A DNA stretch of 64,000 nt from Chiloscyllium plagiosum (Eukaryota), in NCBI RefSeq assembly GCF_004010195.1, contig NC_057752.1, positions 10,333,737 to 10,397,736 on the forward strand, in the 5' to 3' direction. Every line of letters begins with the position of its first letter. Position 1 is the stretch's first letter. Positions 51,170 to 62,659 of the stretch are shown in pieces. A program made the translations under genes and the position numbers. Below the pieces are notes generated by a model that saw nothing but the letters and a program-made list of their open reading frames with translations, was not told the DNA's origin and searched no databases.

Positions 51170-51810
51170 GCAGATGAGGCCTACATTTGTTGCCTATCCC
51201 TGATTCTCCCTTGAAGATAGTGGTGAGCTGCTGCCTTGAACAATTCCCATTCTTGCAGTGTAAGGGCACCCACTATGTTAGGGAGGGAATTCCTAAGATT
51301 TCGACAGACAAAACTCTATTTCATTGAAGACGGTGAGTGACTTGAAGAACTTGCAGTGTAGTGTTCCCATATATTTATTGCCCGTGCCTTTCTGGGTGGC
51401 AAAGAATGCAGGTTTGCACAGTACTGTCTGAGGAGCCTTGGTGACATGTGCAGGGTATTTTGCAGATAGTGCTGCTGGTGAATGGCACCCCAAATCAGCA
51501 AACTACTTTTGTCCTAGATAGTGTCAGTCTTGGTTTTTTTTTGAGTTACACTCCAGGCAAGGGGGAAGTATTCCATCACCCCATTGACTTGTGACTTTAT
51601 AAATGGGGAGATGGTGAGTATCATGCCACAGAATCCTAGCCTCTGACCTGCTCTTGTAGCCACAGTATTTGTAGTCCAGTTCCATTTCTTGTCAGTGATT
51701 GCCCCACTAACAGCATCCTGGGGTTATCAGCAATTGCAATGACATTAAATGTCAAGGTGTGATGGTTGGATTACCTCCCATTTTTGTCTGGTACTTGCAT
51801 GTTGCAACTG
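51170..51810 (-). mobile_element. 3' fragment of the same LINE family as 1570-7085
   Basis: Colinear with 1585-2490 (gagctgctgccttgaa, tagcctctgacctgctcttgtagccacagtattt). A shorter tail copy lies at about 39070-39165. Confidence 0.8.
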
Positions 51811-53039
51811 TTACTTACAAACATGGGTCTTACGATTAGCATTTAACTCTCGGTGAAACTCTAACCTCCTTGTAACTCTTGTTACACAAGACACAAAGAT
51901 GGTGTTCTGGACAGAGGAAATCGAGAGAAATAGTTGCGTTGTCTTTGCTCACGGGCTCTGAATGGTTTCTGTGCTGATCAGAATTCCACTGCTTAGTCTT
52001 TGGTTTCTTGTTTGCAGTGTCACAAGGTGGTTGGTTCACACTCCTTCTGAAAGGCTGTGACTTAAGTCCACAGCTTATGGCAACTGCCAAGTAGGGGGAA
52101 AACACTGGTTTTCTTCAGGCTTAAAGTAACTTTTTATTGCAGAGATGCGTACTGATATGCCATGGGGGCATTGAGCTAAATCACCTTCCCTCTCCCTGTA
52201 TTCGCAACACAGTAAAGTCAAAATATTCTCGAACCCTTCAGTTGTCCTGATGGTTCCTAACCAGACTTTACAAAAGTTAGCAGACTGATTTTATAGTTGA
52301 GCAAAAACTAATATAATACTAACTTTAGCAGAGCTAAACTAAACAACAATATCTAATGTCTAAATACTTTAAACCCAGTCTCAAATAGAAATATGGTACG
52401 AATGGGGCCATTCAGCCCATCTTGTCTATGCCAACCCAAGTTGGGTTTTAAACATAGCCTCGCTCTCTTGCAAACAGACAGTTAAAGAATAAAAAGGAAA
52501 ATAACAAGGTGTCACAGGCATATGAGATTGACTAATGTCTTCAGAAATCAAGCTAGATACAATGCAAATTGCTTCGAGTAGGCTCCTGAGGAATACTCAT
52601 TTCACTTAATCCTTATAACTGGAATTTTATTCTCAATTTTTGACAGGATCATAATGGGAGAGCAACTAACTCATTTCAGCAGCTTTCACAGCCACAACCA
52701 TCTCTTTAAAAACAGTTCAAAGTTCAGTTTCTCTCCCACCATTTTGAGTGGCTGGCAGTGGCTGTGGCCTTCCTGTGGCCCCTTTTAACATCCAAGCATC
52801 TGCCAACCTTGGAGCATAATGCATCTCCAGACTTGATGTCTGATTTATGTTCAAAATCATTGTCATCTCCAATTAACTTCCAAGGCCAGGTCCCTTCTAA
52901 ATGAATCATTTTTTATATAAAGCTGCTCACAGTCCAGATGTCACCTTCAATTCACACTTCCAACTAAAAATGCAAAATAAAAATAATGAAGGCCTTGACT
53001 GCATTCCTGGGGATAGGTAGAACCTCCAATACATAAAGG

Positions 53040-53640
53040 ATCAGACTGGCCCAATTGCTGCAGAATGCTCCAAGTAGTTGAACCATTCCATGTCACCTGT
53101 CTTTGTGGGGAAGTTTGTAATGGAAAAAATCACCTTTTTGACCACCAGTCCATCAGAAGTGGTCAGCACGTAGCATCCTCCAGACCCTATTGCGGTTTTT
53201 TTGTCACTGAGCTGCTCAGGACAAACCTTGACACAGGACTGTCCTCTATGATCTGTTCCCTGGTATGCACGCTGAGACAAGCATCCAACTGTGCCTGGAG
53301 GGCCATCGGTTTGATGAAAGACACTCTTTGGTCTGCTTGAAACTTGCTGGCCTTTCAGAGCAAGGAGTTAACCCTGACTGGATGTTGCAGACTTGCACAT
53401 TCTAAGGTGCAATGGGAAAGACCACTCTGAGGCCTTCCTGCTGAAGGTAAATGGGGGTCCATTTAGTTACTGGAGCCTAGTGGTGGTGCTCAGGCCTGTA
53501 AATACAGTCTGGCCCAAGACATGTCTTTGGTTTGTTTAGATAGAGTCAAATGTTTGTTTCCTTTTAACATGCTACTGTATAAACTGAACTGTTTGTGACT
53601 GTATATAAGAGCTAATGAATAAGTTGTTTTATATTTTGAA
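53040..53640 (+). mobile_element. Tx1/L1-like LINE ORF2 C-terminal fragment
   Basis: LY.LFPG.H.ET...NCAWRAIGLMKDTLWSA...CCRLAHSK-like remnant followed by an AT-rich 3' UTR. Confidence 0.6.
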
Positions 53641-54538
53641 ATAGTGAGGTCAGAAGTTAACTGGCCCTGGCAGAACCCAAACTAAAGGCTAGTGAGCTGG
53701 TTACTGCTGAGCAAATGCCCCTTGATAACACTGTCGCCAGTTCTTTTGTCGTCATACTAGTTGATAACAACACTGGACAAATTTTTATTTCCAAAGTGAG
53801 ACCTAGCTTGATGGACCGCAAGTGTTGACTTCTTTGAAATTTACTGTGGTGATAAGTCATATACACTTGGCAAGCAGCAATGTTTTTTAAAAAAAAAATT
53901 AATGCACCAAGAAATAAGCTTAGTTTGTGTTAAACCATTTAACACTGTCTTGATATGAATATCAAAAATAGTGAACCAGATTTTCCAGTGATTGGCAATC
54001 TTTGATTTGCCTTGCTCTCCTTTTTCTTTTTAATTTTACGAAAGAGGAGAGCTGTGCATTTCTGTTAGGGTCTCTCTGTTCCAAAGGTTGTCGTAATGCA
54101 GAGCTGTCTGAGGATAACAAACTATGCCCATCTTCCCAACAGTCAGTAGCATTTTCTGAAATTTAAAAGTCTAAGCAGCCATTTTGACAGCTGCTGTCAA
54201 AAGGTAAGTACATAAGTGGAGTTTTTTTGGGTGGAGTGGGGGAAGAGTGTGTAGAACAGAGCAGGGTGGGCTGTAGAAAACTGGTCTGGGTGGTGAAAAT
54301 AACAGGGTGGAGCTCTGGTGTGGCAAGGAGTCTTCTCCAGTTGGATCTGACATCAGGAGAGCAGCTAGGTTAGAATTGAAAGATCAGTATAGGGTCTGCT
54401 TTCTCTCCTGTGTTGAAGGGGCTCTCTGCTCTCATCCATGTGACTTGGAAGTAGCATCCCATAAGAGGGAAAGTGCAGTGATGGATTTTTGGCATTTTTC
54501 TGACTTATTGACTAAAGCAGTTCTTTTTTTCCCTGCAG

Positions 54539-54592
54539 TACCTTTTGCACGATGCCATCAATCAAGGTCCACAATATTGTTGTCTTCATGCA
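54539..54592 (+). CDS. TMEM106C: TMEM106C coding exon 6 (TFCTMPSIKVHNIVVFMQ)
   Basis: Polypyrimidine tract and ccctgcag| acceptor, donor CA|gtaagt, 54 nt. Conserved FCT...VHNIV motif. Confidence 0.95.
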
Positions 54593-54659
54593 GTAAGTTC
54601 TTCAAGAACAGAGTCTTGTTTAAATAGAGAAAAACTGAAAAGTTGCAACACTGACTGAC

Positions 54660-55240
54660 TTGAAGTTACTTGTACACAAAACAGAAAGCTAGCACACCGA
54701 TGCAGGAGGTCATCAGGAAGGTTAATGAAATGTTGGCCCTTGTTTCAAGGGAGTTGGGGTATAAGATTAGGGAAGTCTTACTGCAGTTATACAGGGTGCT
54801 GGTGAGACCACATCTGGAGTACTGAGTTGTTTTGGTCACTTTTTATTTAAGGAAAGATTTAATTGGAGGCAAGTCATAGGTTCACCAGGATGATCCCTGG
54901 TATGGAGGGAATGCCTAATGAGCAAAAACCCAACAGATTGGAATTCCACACAATGGAGTTTAGAAAAATGAAGTAATCTCATTGAAACATCTGATTCCCA
55001 TGGGGCTTGACAGGGTAAATGCTGAGAGGATGTTTTCCCTTAGGGCTAGAGGACACAGTCTCTGAATAAAGGGGCGCTAGTTTAAGACTGAGGAATTGAT
55101 TCAACTTGCCACAAAGCTATGGGGGCAGAATCCTTGTGTATATTTAAGCTGCAACAGATTCTTGATCAGTAATCTAGGGTCACTGGGAAATGCAAGAATG
55201 TGGGTATGTTGGATCAGCCAAGCAGCCTGTCTGTGTATTT
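54660..55240 (+). mobile_element. CR1 LINE 3' fragment
   Basis: cagttatacagggtgctggtgagaccacatctggagtac (LYRVLVRPHLEY) and downstream CR1 motifs. Confidence 0.8.
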
Positions 55241-55385
55241 TTTTATGGTCTTTTGTCTGTCTTTTCAAAAGCTGTTCAAAGTGCAGTATGGTTTTGGTAG
55301 ATATCCTGAAGCTGAATGTAAAGTTGGACTTGATTCTTTTAACTTGCAGTTTTGGATTTTCACCAATAAGTGGTATGGTATTCTT

Positions 55386-55593
55386 GTAGTGCTGGATAAG
55401 CACAGCAGGTCAGGCAGCTTCTGAGGAGCAGGAAAATCAAAGTTTTGGCCAAAAGCCCTTCATCGGGAATCCTGATGAGCTTTTGTTCGAAATGTTGATT
55501 TTCCTGCTCCTCTGCTGCCTGACCTGCTGTGCTTTTCCAGCACTACTCTAATCTAGACTCTGATCTCCAGCATCTGCAGTACACACTTTTACC
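55386..55593. mobile_element. 208-bp PLE-derived element made of two inverted pLTR pieces
   Basis: 10-bp TSD tggtattctt at 55376-55385 and 55594-55603. Inverted arms of about 80 bp centred near 55469, each with an HHR-derived core. Confidence 0.88.
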
Positions 55594-56921
55594 TGGTATT
55601 CTTTTGTCCCTTTTTTTTTTTTGTAGGCTTTTAGAAGTCAGGAATTATTAGTTCTGTTTGGGTGACAAAAATGTAGACATGAAGCCTAGCCTTACAAGCA
55701 AATTCTATTGAATTTCCAGGTTTAAATCTGTGTAAGTCTAACAGAATAGCTAGTTATTGACAACTCCTTTCTCTAACCTATCTTTTACCTCCCTCTCTAA
55801 AATACCAGTCTGATTTTTAAACACTGCACCCCCCCCCCATTAAGATTTACCAAAAATACTAAAATTTCAAAACCAGCCAGCTGTCGTTTGTTTTTGTATC
55901 TTCCTGTCTTCTCCTCATGGGGATTTCTGTTTCACAGGTCGTTGGTAGATAAAGGTATCTTTTTGAGAGCTATTCTACAGGTAGTCTGCAGATATTGGTG
56001 GCTTGGCAGTTCTCCAACTGTTCAGGTTTTTTTGGCTTTATACCCCAAAGCATCAGATCATTGGTGTTAATATTGTCAAACTACTAAATTCGAACTTGAT
56101 TGGAGTTTGGTATTTTGGGGCATAATTTAAACTGGCTGAATTTGAATTCATTTTTTTTTTGCGCCAGGCAACCCAGCTAATGTAGCTGTTTGACCAAATA
56201 TTACATTGTTACCTTTTTCAGAACACTTAGTGCTGTGTCAGGTAGTTCTGTCAAGGTACAGTACCCCTTCCAGCTTCGTAACAATGAGACTAAGTACAAT
56301 ACTTCAGGTTTTGGTTGGATAGAATATATATACTCTCTAGCTTCATATGTAACCAACTTCAACTGAAGTTCAAAGCTGCCATATGACATTGGAATGGTTT
56401 AGCTGGCAGTATTTGATTGGCTAGCTAATAAACAGCCAGTCTAATGTCGATGAGAGTGGTAATCGGAGACTCACTCCATACCAAGTAACTTCAATCATCA
56501 TTAAAACTTGTGCAGCAACTGAGTTGACTTGTGCATACTAACTGGCTTTTTGCTTTGCTGTGTGTCACAAACCTGACATCCCCTCCCTTGCTGATGGGAC
56601 CAAGTGTCCTGACACCAGCTGGTCTGTGACTGCTCACTTACAACTTCTCAAGGGCAATTGAACATGGGCATCAAATGCTGATTTTTTTTTTTTTAAAACC
56701 TCTCCTAGCTGCCCTCCCACCTTTTTTTTAAAAAGTATTTTTGGGTTTTTCCCCAAATTACATAAGCTGTGAAGTGCCAGATCAAGGCAAAGTTGTTTTT
56801 ATTCAGGAAGTAACCCTGTGCCCTGTCCTCCACCCCCCCCCATCCCACCCAGAATATGCTGAACAACCAAAGAAAAACTTGGTAGGGGCATAAAGGCTGG
56901 TGTTTTTTAAAAAGGGTTCAA

Positions 56922-58151
56922 CATGGCTTTGTGTGGAAAATCATGTCTCTCAAACTTGAGGTTTTTTTTTGAAGAAGTAATAAAGAGGATTGAAGGCAGA
57001 GCAGTAGATGTGATCGATATGGACTTCAGTAAGGTGTTTGACAAGGTTCCCCATGGGAGACTGCTGAGCAAGGTTAGATCTGATGGAATACAGGGATTTG
57101 GATACAGAACTGGCTCAAAGGCACAAGACAGAGGGTGGTGGTGGAGGGTTGCTTTTCAGACTGGAGCCCTGTGACCAGTGGAGTGCCACAAGGATTGGTG
57201 CTGCGCCCTCTACTTTTCTTCTTTTTATATAAATGATTTGGATGTGAGCTGAAGAGGTATAGTTAGTAAATTTGCAGATGACACCACAGTGAAGAAAGTT
57301 CTCTCTGATTACAATGGATCAGATGGGCCAATGGGCTGAGAAGTGGCAGATGGAGTTTAATTTGGATAAATGTGAGGTGCTGCATTTTGGGAAAATCAAA
57401 TCTTGCCATTAACTGTATAAGTCCTGCTAAGCTCCTAGGGAGTGTTGCTGAACAGAGACCTTGGACTGCAGGTTCATAGCTCCTTGAAAGCAGAGTCACA
57501 GGTAGATAGGATAGTGAAGGTGTTTGGTATGCTTTCCTTTATTGGTCAGAGTATAGAGTACAGGAGTTGGGAGGTCATGTTGCGGCTGTACAGGACATTG
57601 GTTCGGCTACTCTTGGGATTGCATGCAATTCTGGTCTCCTTCCTATCAGAAAGGTGTTGTGAAACTTGAAAGGGTTCTGAAAAGATTTACAAGGATGTTG
57701 TTAGAGTTGGAGGATTTGAGCTATAGGGAGAGGCTGAATAGGCTGGAGTTGTTTTCCGTGGAGTGTCGGAGGCTGAGGGGTGACCTGATAGGGGTTTATA
57801 AAATTGAGGGGCATGGTTAAAATAAATAGACAAGGTCTTTTCCCTGGGGTGGGGAGTCCAGAACTAGAAGGCATAGATTTGAAATGAGAGGGGAAAGATA
57901 CAAAAGAGACTTAAGGGACAATGTTTTCACGGAGAGGGTGGTACGTGTATGGAATGAGCTGCCTGAGGAAGTGGTGGAGGCTGGTGCAATTGCAACATTC
58001 AAAAGGCATTTGGATGGGTACATGAATAGGAAGGGTTTGGAGGGATATGGGCCCGGTGCTGGCAGGTCCGACTAGATTGGGTTGGGACATCTGGTCGGTG
58101 TGGACGGGTTGGACCGAACGGTCTGTTTCTGTGCTGTATATCTCTGACTCT
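56922..58151 (+). mobile_element. Young HER1-type CR1 LINE, 5'-truncated
   Basis: GKSCLSNL, MDFSKVFDKVPH and QRVVRVWNELP-type motifs. Tail ctgtatatctctgactcta. Confidence 0.93.
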
Positions 58152-58279
58152 AAATACAATGCACTGTAAGTGAAATTTCCCTGGTCTGGTCTGAAATCAT
58201 GACACTGACAGCATGGAAAATCCTCCAGCTGGATGAGATGGGTCAACTTTGTCTATCTATTGTTGATTTATCAATTGTA

Positions 58280-58482
58280 ACCAGTTGGCTGGATTATTGG
58301 CTTAGAGTAGTGTAATGCCAACACTATGTTCAGTTCCCGTCACCAGTTTGAGGTTCCCATGAAGGCCACTCCTCAACCTCTCCCCTTGCCTGAGGTCTGG
58401 TGGCCCTCAGGTTAAATCCCCGCCAGTCGCTTCTCTGTAATGAGGAAGCAGCCCATATGGTCTAGTAAGTCAATGGCGACAA
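58280..58482 (+). mobile_element. SINE-like repeat
   Basis: tRNA-like start and homology to 11427-11610 (opposite strand). Confidence 0.65.
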
Positions 58483-58561
58483 ACAATTAGTGTCCCCTTC
58501 TATGCTGAGAACCTGAGGAGGCAACGATGGACCATCCGTTCAGCATTTTTAGACTCTCTTA

Positions 58562-59518
58562 GATGTACATCATGGAAACAGACCCTTCGGTCCAACCTGT
58601 CCATGCCGACCAGATATCCCAACCCAATCTAGTCCCACCTGCCAGCACCCGCCCTGTATCCCTCCAAACCCTTCCTATTCATATACCTATCCAAATGCCT
58701 CTTAAATGTTGCAATTGTACCAGCCTCCACCACTTCCTCTGGCTGCTCATTCCATACACGTACCACCCTCTGTGTGGAAAAAGTTGCCCCTCAGGTCTCT
58801 TATATCTTTCCCCTCTCACCCTAAACCAATGCCCTCTAGTTCTGGACTCCCCGACCCCAGGGAAAAGACTTTGCCTATTTATCCTATCCATGCCCCTCAT
58901 AATTTTGTAAACCACCTATAAAGTCACCCCTAACAGCCCAGCCTGTTCATCCTCTCCCTGTAGCTCAAATCCTCCAACATCTTTGTAAATCTTTTCTGAG
59001 CCCTTTCAAGTTTCACAACATCTTTCCGATAAGAAGGAGACCAGAATTGCACACAATATTCCAACAGTGGCCTAATTGATGTTCTGTACAGCCGCAACAT
59101 GACCTCCCAACTCCTGTACTCAATACTCTGACCAATAAAGGAAAGCATACCAAATGCCTTCTTCATTTTCCTATCTACCTGCGACTCCACTTTCAAGGAG
59201 CTATGAACCTGCACTCCAAGGTCTCTTTGTTCAGCAACACTCCCTAGGACCTTACCATTAAGTGTATACGTCCTGCTAAGATTTGCTTTCCCAAAATGCA
59301 GCACCTCTCACTTATCTGAATTAAACTCCATCTGCCACTTCTCAGCCCTTTGGCCCATCTGATCCAGATCCTGTTGTAATCTGAGGTAACCCTCTTCGCT
59401 GTCCACTACACCTCCAATTTTGGTATCATCTGCAAACTTACTAACTGTACCTCTTATGCTCGCATCTAAATCACTTATGTAAATGACAAAAAGTAGAGGG
59501 CCCAGCACTGATCCTGTG
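58562..59518 (-). mobile_element. Young HER1-type CR1 LINE, 5'-truncated
   Basis: [16 protein letters not shown]...KFADDTKIGG and a 124-aa C-terminal ORF. Confidence 0.93.
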
Positions 59519-61459
59519 CAAACACCTTCTGCCAAAGGCTGAAATGTTCACAACCTTAATTTAAAAAAATTGTTGAGCTGCCTCTTTCTGCTAAAGTTTA
59601 ATTATCCATCTTTTCACAGTTGGCATTTTTTTTGTGTGGGATTGTTTAGTTCTGTATCTAACCTGCTATTTCTGCTCTGCCATGTATGGATGGCTGAATT
59701 GCGTTAAGATTAGCAGCTGACTTTCAGGATGTGTTGTGCTAGGTTTTGTTTTTGAATACAACTGTTGTTGGCCCATGCCAGCAGTTTGTCAGCCAGTTTT
59801 AAGCTGCTCAATCTGTTCAGAATCCAGCCTATTTGGCACCATGGTCATTCTCACCACATGGTGGATGTGTGCCATGTGAGGGAAGGACTGGTGTTAATAG
59901 TCATTCTGTGAAAGGCTTAGAGGGTGCAGAATTCTTGCATTTTTTTTTAAGCTGTACACAGTCCCCTACAAAGAGCATTAAGTCTTGGACTTCATTTGAG
60001 GTAATGTAACTGGGAAATGGTTGACATATCAGGTGGGAGAGTATTTTTACAGACAGCAATCCTAACTCTTGGATTCAAGATTGTTGCCCATTGCCGTAAG
60101 TTCTTAACTTGAGGGAAGGTCTTTTTAAAAACCAAGATCAGATATAATCTGGCAAGTGGACTCGGAGCTTATTATTTTTTAGATAAATCTGTTGCAAGAG
60201 TTGGATGCTTTCAAGGAAGTATGGAGATGTTCCAATAAGGAAAAAAGGGTGGAGTCATCAAATCCTGTGAACCCCTGGATATCCAGGGATGTGGAGAATT
60301 GGATAGAGAGAAAAAGGCTATGGCAGATATTATTGGCTCAAAACAGCAGAATCCCTAGAATATGCAAGGGGAGACTTTAAGGTGAGCTAAAAGGGGATGT
60401 GAAAGCATGGTGGAAGGTAAAGTTAAAAATCTGAAGTTTTATAGGTACATTTTAAGGATAAAAGGTTAATGAGGGCATTGAGAAACAGTGGTAATTCATG
60501 TGGAGACAAGGTGCAGGTATGGTTCTAAATTAATATTCTCAGTATTCACTAGAGAGATTGTGGGTTTCAAAAGTGGAGAGGAGTATGATATTCTTAAAGG
60601 TTTTGGGCCCCATATCTCGAAGGATTTACTAGCCCTGGACCGTGTTCAGAGGAGGTTCATGAGAATGGAGATGATCAATTTCTTCAGCTAGAGGGTGGCA
60701 AATCTGTGGAATTTATTGCTACAGAAGGCTGTGGAGGCTAGGTCACTGAATATATTTAAGATAAATTCTTGAGTATCAAGGGTTACAGGGAGAAAGCAGG
60801 ACAATGAGGTTGAGAAACTTACCAACCATGATTGGCAGAGCAGACTTGATGGACTGAATGGCCTAATTTCTGCTCCTATGTCTTATGGCCTTAAGTTGGT
60901 GTAGTCTGACAGGCTTTTAAAAGGAGAGAAATCTCCAGGGCTGGATACAATGTATCCCAGGTTGGTGAGATGAGAGAGGCGTTTCCAAAAATGATCAATT
61001 CCCCTCTGACCCCGGGAGGTACTGGAGGATAGCCAGTGTGGTACTGTTGTTAAAGAAGGGAACCAGGGCTAAACCAGGAAAGTTTTTTAGTCTAACCTCA
61101 GTGGAGGGAAACTATTGGAAGCGATTCTAAAGGACACTTCATTTGCATTTGGAGAGACTGGGATTAATTGAATAGTAGGCATGGTATTGCTAAGGGGAGG
61201 TCACGTCTGACAAACTTGATTTGAAATTTTCGAAGAAGTACCCAAATGTATAGATGAGTGCAATGCATTTTATGTCGTCTGCTTAACTTCAAGGCTTTTG
61301 ATAAGGTCCAGTGAGGCAAGGATTTGCCAAATTGGTTCCCCAATTGGCTGAGTAGGAGGAAGAAGAGGGTGATGGTTGAGAGGTGTTGTTTTTTTCCAGA
61401 TGGAAGTCTGCCTCCCATGGGGAGGATCAGTAGTTGGGCCCTTGCCAACTAGCTTACAT

Positions 61460-62659
61460 TGTCACAAAACTAGTCCCTCTTTTTTTTTAAAAAAAACAAA
61501 TGCTGTCCCTAGGCTCAAGGTGATTCTGGTTTGGTACAGAGATGAAAAGGATTTTGAGGCCACTTGTTTATATGTAAACAGATGAGACTTCAGGCCAAAG
61601 TGGTCATGTTTTAGAAGTGACCTGTATAATGAAAGGGGAGTGGTCAGCTGCTGAGCTGAGCAGTTTTTAGTTCAGACTTGAGCTGGTGAGGCAATCAACA
61701 GGGTGCTGTGTGGCAACGTTTTGTTTCTGCCCTTCAACTTCAACCTGTAAGCAGGGTTTACATTTATAATGGGCTTTAAAGGGAAGCTGATATGGAAATG
61801 TGTTGCTGGAAAAGCGCAGCAGGTCAGGCAGCATCTCGGGAACAGGAGAATCAACGTTTCGGGCATTAGCCCTTCTTCAGGACTCCAAGTTTTGTTGGTC
61901 GGAACGTAGTCCGGAGTCCGTGCGGGATCAGACGGTTCCGTAGGCAGGTGCTGAGGAAGGAGATATGGCTGTGGTAGCGAGTCTGTTTGAGAATGTGGCT
62001 GAAGAGCTTCTGTGCAGAGGAGATGACCTGGGGGGTGCAGTGAGAGAGGGACTCACTGAAACCTTTGTAGAGGGAGAAAGAGAGCTGCTTCAAGGAAGGC
62101 ATCCTTGTAAGAGGATTCGCAGTAGGTTGAAATCTGAGGAGAAAGTGAGGTCTGCAGATGCTGGAGATCAGAGATGGAAATGTGTTGCTGGAAAAGCGCA
62201 GCAGGTCAGGCAGCATCTAGGGAACAGGAGAATCGACGTTTCGGGCATTAGCCCGAATGCCCGAAGCCCTGAAGAAGGGCTAATGCCCGAAACGTTGATT
62301 CTCCTGTTCCCTAGATGCTGCCTGACCTGCTGCGCTTTTCCAGCAACACATTTCCATCTCTGATCTCCAGCATCTGCAGACCTCACTTTCCCTTTAAAGG
62401 GAAGCTTACTGGGACTGTTTGAATTCAGAACAGCATATGTAAGTCTAGCTGGAAAGACTGAGTTCTGTAGGGATTCTTTATTCTGGTCTTTGTGTTTCAT
62501 TGTGTAATTTTGTGTATACATTTTTGTTTTTAAAATCTATTAGTCAACCTAGCTAGCTTCTGGGTAACTTTCACTGTACACTTACCGAAACAAATTGCAA
62601 AGTTATGGTCTGGGGCTGCCTGCTTAATGTTTTGAGTGGTCTGGTCTAGGCCATAAACA
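61460..62659 (+). mobile_element. Probable solo-LTR-like segment hosting the PLE
   Basis: TGT...ACA ends interrupt the CR1 RT sequence. 3' end resembles 46438-47237. No clear TSD. Confidence 0.45.
61789..62391. mobile_element. Young rearranged Penelope-like element: pLTR / ORF N-terminus / pLTR / inverted pLTR
   Basis: 15-bp TSD ctttaaagggaagct at 61774-61788 and 62392-62406. Minus-strand HISFLSTCLRNRLIPHGL (PLE N-terminal motif). Near-perfect inverted arms at about 62141-62253 and 62277-62390. Confidence 0.92.

Noticed and set aside
54521..54538. Alternative in-frame acceptor 18 nt upstream of exon 6
   Set aside because: That AG lies just after the likely branch point (tgactaa) and before the polypyrimidine tract. 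The downstream AG gives the exon that aligns with the family.
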